Assembly (NCBI GenBank): GCA_963837465.1
Contig: CAWINB010000001.1
Location: forward strand, 565,646-629,645
From: Candidatus Doudnabacteria bacterium
GTDB lineage: Bacteria > Patescibacteriota > Doudnabacteria > UBA920
Reading direction: 5' to 3'
DNA length: 64,000 nt
Positions 61,758-64,000 of the stretch are shown one piece after another (position 1 is the stretch's first letter; the number at the start of each line of letters is the position of its first letter). A program made the translations under genes and the position numbers. Below the pieces are notes generated by a model, which did no database searches, was not told where the DNA came from, and worked only from the letters and a program-made list of their open reading frames with translations.

Positions 61758-62171
61758 CTATCCGCCATTTACATTCACTGCGGGACTGCCGTTCATTACG
61801 TTCCAGCCGGCCTGGTAAGTTGAGGCGGGTGTGGGCAGGCAAAAATCCAGCTGGAAGCTCTGGTCGCCGATTTGTTTGTAAACAAAACTCTGGCTGCAAT
61901 TTTTGGAAACAAAATCAGGCAGAGGAAAAGAGCTTAAATAATTCAACATTGTATTCTGGTCGCCGAATTCCGAAACTGTGGGGTAGCGGTTTTGGTCCTG
62001 GTAAAAAAATTGCAGGGCGCGTCCGGTATTTTGCGCCGTTTGAACCACAATTTGGGCCTGAGCTTCTGTTTGTCCCCGGCTGATGCCAAGGATTATGGCA
62101 AGTAAAAAAACAGCAGCCACTGCCAGGCTGCTTAAAATGTTTTTGGTTTTTTTTGGTAGCTTTAAATCCAC
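61758..62171 (-). CDS. hypothetical secreted/membrane-anchored protein (pilus-locus associated)
   Basis: GTG start, N-terminal TM anchor; preceded by the 26-mer repeat. Confidence 0.4.
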   Translation of the reverse strand: MDLKLPKKTKNILSSLAVAAVFLLAIILGISRGQTEAQAQIVVQTAQNTGRALQFFYQDQNRYPTVSEFGDQNTMLNYLSSFPLPDFVSKNCSQSFVYKQIGDQSFQLDFCLPTPASTYQAGWNVMNGSPAVNVNGG

Positions 62172-62196
62172 TGTAACAATTTTAAGCCTTAGAGCC

Positions 62197-62222
62197 TGTT
62201 TAATAAATTGCTTTTGTGATGA
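62197..62222. repeat. 26-mer agagcctgtttaataaattgcttttg, second copy
   Basis: exact match to 12684-12709; both lie 7-25 nt upstream of a minus-strand gene start. Confidence 0.5.
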
Positions 62223-62281
62223 AATTTCAAAATCTTGTGAAATGGACTTTGAGGAGGATTTTCTTAAATTACATCCCCGCC

Positions 62282-62310
62282 TTTTTAAAGGGCGGGGATG
62301 TAAACTTTTT
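62282..62310. terminator. hairpin catccccgcc/ggcggggatg after pilin gene
   Basis: 10-bp GC stem with T-run on plus side. Confidence 0.45.
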
Positions 62311-62324
62311 ACACTGCGTTATGA

Positions 62325-62834
62325 TTACTGAATTCCGGATTGGGTAAGTGTGTGGGGACCGGGTGCGTAAGAACCAGTTGAATTTCCAAGACAGAAAGTA
62401 ATGGCATAACCTGCCGTTTGGCCTCCACCAACGGCACTGTTGGCTATAAACTCATAACCATTAGCTCCGGGGGTATTGGCTGTGCTTGAACAGTTACCGT
62501 CAGCCGGAGTCGGGGCGATTGGTAATTGGCCAATGTATGTCGGGGCCATCGCTACCACTGATGTCAGGCTATTAAGCTGCACGTTGGACGATGCCGTCGG
62601 ATAGCTGGTCTGGTCGTTAAAATACAACTCCATGGCCGAAGACATTTGGGTCATATCCGAGATTCTTTTTGCGTCCCTGGCTTTGGCTCGAGCGCCGTTT
62701 AAGGCCAGCAATACCACGGAAGCCAAAAGACCGATAATGGCTATAACTACCAACAATTCAATTAAAGTAAAACCGGCATTTTCAGCGGTGGTTTTAGCGA
62801 AGTTGGATTTATTTTTGTTTCTCAATTTTTTCAC
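62325..62834 (-). CDS. pilA: type IV major pilin (paralog 1)
   Basis: leader MKKLRNKNKSNFAKTTAENAG then FTLIELLVVIAIIGLLASVVL. Confidence 0.85.
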   Translation of the reverse strand: MKKLRNKNKSNFAKTTAENAGFTLIELLVVIAIIGLLASVVLLALNGARAKARDAKRISDMTQMSSAMELYFNDQTSYPTASSNVQLNSLTSVVAMAPTYIGQLPIAPTPADGNCSSTANTPGANGYEFIANSAVGGGQTAGYAITFCLGNSTGSYAPGPHTLTQSGIQ

Positions 62835-62967
62835 CCCCGATCCTTGATTAAAATAGAATTAAAGATATATTAAAAATACCTTTAATTTGATATTTTATTA
62901 TTAATAATATTATAACATTCCCCTAAATTTAAGCAAGGAAAGTTATGCACAATCACCAACGTTATTA

Positions 62968-63480
62968 CTACTGAATTCCGGATTGAGTAAGGGTATGGGG
63001 GCCGGGCGGATAAGAACCGGTTGTATTTCCAAGACAGAAAGTAATGTAATAACCTGCCGTAGCGGGTCCGTTGGCTGCACTGTTAGCTAGGAAATCATAA
63101 GCGTTACCTCCTGAAACTGGAGGATTCGCAGTGCTGGCCGAACAGTTACCATCAGCAGGAGTCGGAGCTGAAGGCATTTTGCCAATATATGTCGGGACCA
63201 TGGCAGGAGAAGTCGTTAAAAGATTAAGCGGTATACCACTGGCCGATGATGTGGGGTAGGTGTTGTTGTCGTTAAAATACAACTCCATGGCCGAAGACAT
63301 TTGGGTTATATCCGAGATTCTTTTTGCGTCCCTGGCTTTGGCTCGAGCGCCGTTTAAAGCGACCAATACCACGGAAGCCAAAAGACCGATAATGGCTATA
63401 ACTACCAACAATTCAATTAAAGTAAAACCGGCATTTTCAGCGGTGGTTTTAGCGAAGTTGGATTTATTTTTGTTTCTCAT
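62968..63480 (-). CDS. pilA: type IV major pilin (paralog 2)
   Basis: 5' about 220 nt and upstream region near-identical to paralog 1; shared C-terminal GPHTLTQSGIQ; variable middle. Confidence 0.85.
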   Translation of the reverse strand: MRNKNKSNFAKTTAENAGFTLIELLVVIAIIGLLASVVLVALNGARAKARDAKRISDITQMSSAMELYFNDNNTYPTSSASGIPLNLLTTSPAMVPTYIGKMPSAPTPADGNCSASTANPPVSGGNAYDFLANSAANGPATAGYYITFCLGNTTGSYPPGPHTLTQSGIQ

Positions 63481-63624
63481 AATTTGATATTTTATTGTTT
63501 ATTAATAACATCATAACATTTCCCTAAATTTAAGTGAGAAAAGTTATGCACAAGGGGGTTATCCTTAATCCTTAATCTTTAATAAGCGTGGTTCCCGTTA
63601 AGGATTAAGGATAATCTACCCATC

Positions 63625-64000
63625 CTATCCGCTCGTACTGGCCAAATTGTAAATAGGCAGCAGAATGCCGGCCACCAGAATACCCACGCCTATACCCAAT
63701 ACCACCATAATAATAGGCTCAAGCAGAGTAGTCATCGTGGAGACTTTGGCGTCCACTTCTTTTTCGTAAAAAGAGGCCAGCTTGGCCATAATGATATCGA
63801 GCTGGGCGGTCTGCTCCCCGACTTTAACCATTTGGGTGACAATTCCGGGAAATTCCGGGTGTCCGGACAAACCTTCGCTGATGCTTTTGCCGGCCTGGAC
63901 TTGGGCTATACAGCTTAAAATGATATCCCGGTAAATCACATTATTAATAATCTCCGCCACAATCTGCAGGGCTTTAATAATGGGAATGCCTCCGAGTATC
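63625..64000 (-). CDS. pilC: type II secretion system F / PilC family protein, C-terminal part (gene continues beyond window)
   Basis: GLSGHPEFPGIVTQMVKVGEQTAQLD ... LLEPIIMVVLGIGVGILV typical PilC C-terminus. Confidence 0.8.
   Translation of the reverse strand, partial: ILGGIPIIKALQIVAEIINNVIYRDIILSCIAQVQAGKSISEGLSGHPEFPGIVTQMVKVGEQTAQLDIIMAKLASFYEKEVDAKVSTMTTLLEPIIMVVLGIGVGILVAGILLPIYNLASTSG

Overview
This 64-kb window reads like a small-genome, AT-rich bacterium of the Patescibacteria (CPR) type; that assignment is inference from gene content only. Most genes lie on the minus strand.

- **Defense/integrative island (1-8700).** A 5' segment at 1-8700 looks like a defense or integrative island. 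It carries a PD-(D/E)XK-like nuclease, a bactofilin, a frameshifted SIR2-like gene, two unknown proteins and a DUF262+HNH (GmrSD-like) endonuclease. It also carries an N6-adenine DNA methyltransferase and a large serine recombinase, and ends next to a tRNA-Asn(GUU) gene split by a 332-nt group I intron.
- **Housekeeping genes (9000-43500).** These include an MltB-like lytic transglycosylase, an ABC-2 transporter, aguB-aguA plus a deoxyhypusine-synthase-like gene, and rpoD-dnaG. Also present are tRNA-Ser(GGA), ppsA, an EndoQ-like nuclease, gap, kbl-tdh, glmS and a TrmB regulator.
- **Repeats and insertions.** Several repeat elements punctuate this part. A 16-bp-TIR mini-element carries a four-helix-bundle gene between the two ABC transporter genes. 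About 100-bp 'ctacagaa' direct repeats flank a GC-rich aminotransferase gene. A 60-bp palindromic element occurs three times, once in-frame inside glmS. A PaaX-like gene is bracketed by two long palindromes.
- **5S/23S rRNA operon (43590-49520).** The window holds a minus-strand 5S and 23S rRNA with no adjacent 16S. The 23S is bracketed by a perfect 20-bp processing-stem inverted repeat. It is interrupted by three group I introns, one encoding a LAGLIDADG homing endonuclease. It also carries helix 9 and helix 45 intervening sequences and a 469-nt helix-63 insertion that contains a perfect tRNA-Lys(CUU)-like cloverleaf.
- **Downstream region (50500-64000).** A STAS-domain gene, a Kir-like channel with a divergent selectivity filter and a structured GC-rich leader, ligA and a LysM protein follow. 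The window ends in a type IV pilus locus with four pilin-like genes, pilD, an O-antigen-ligase/TPR protein, two tandem paralogous major pilins and a partial pilC.

No CRISPR array was seen.
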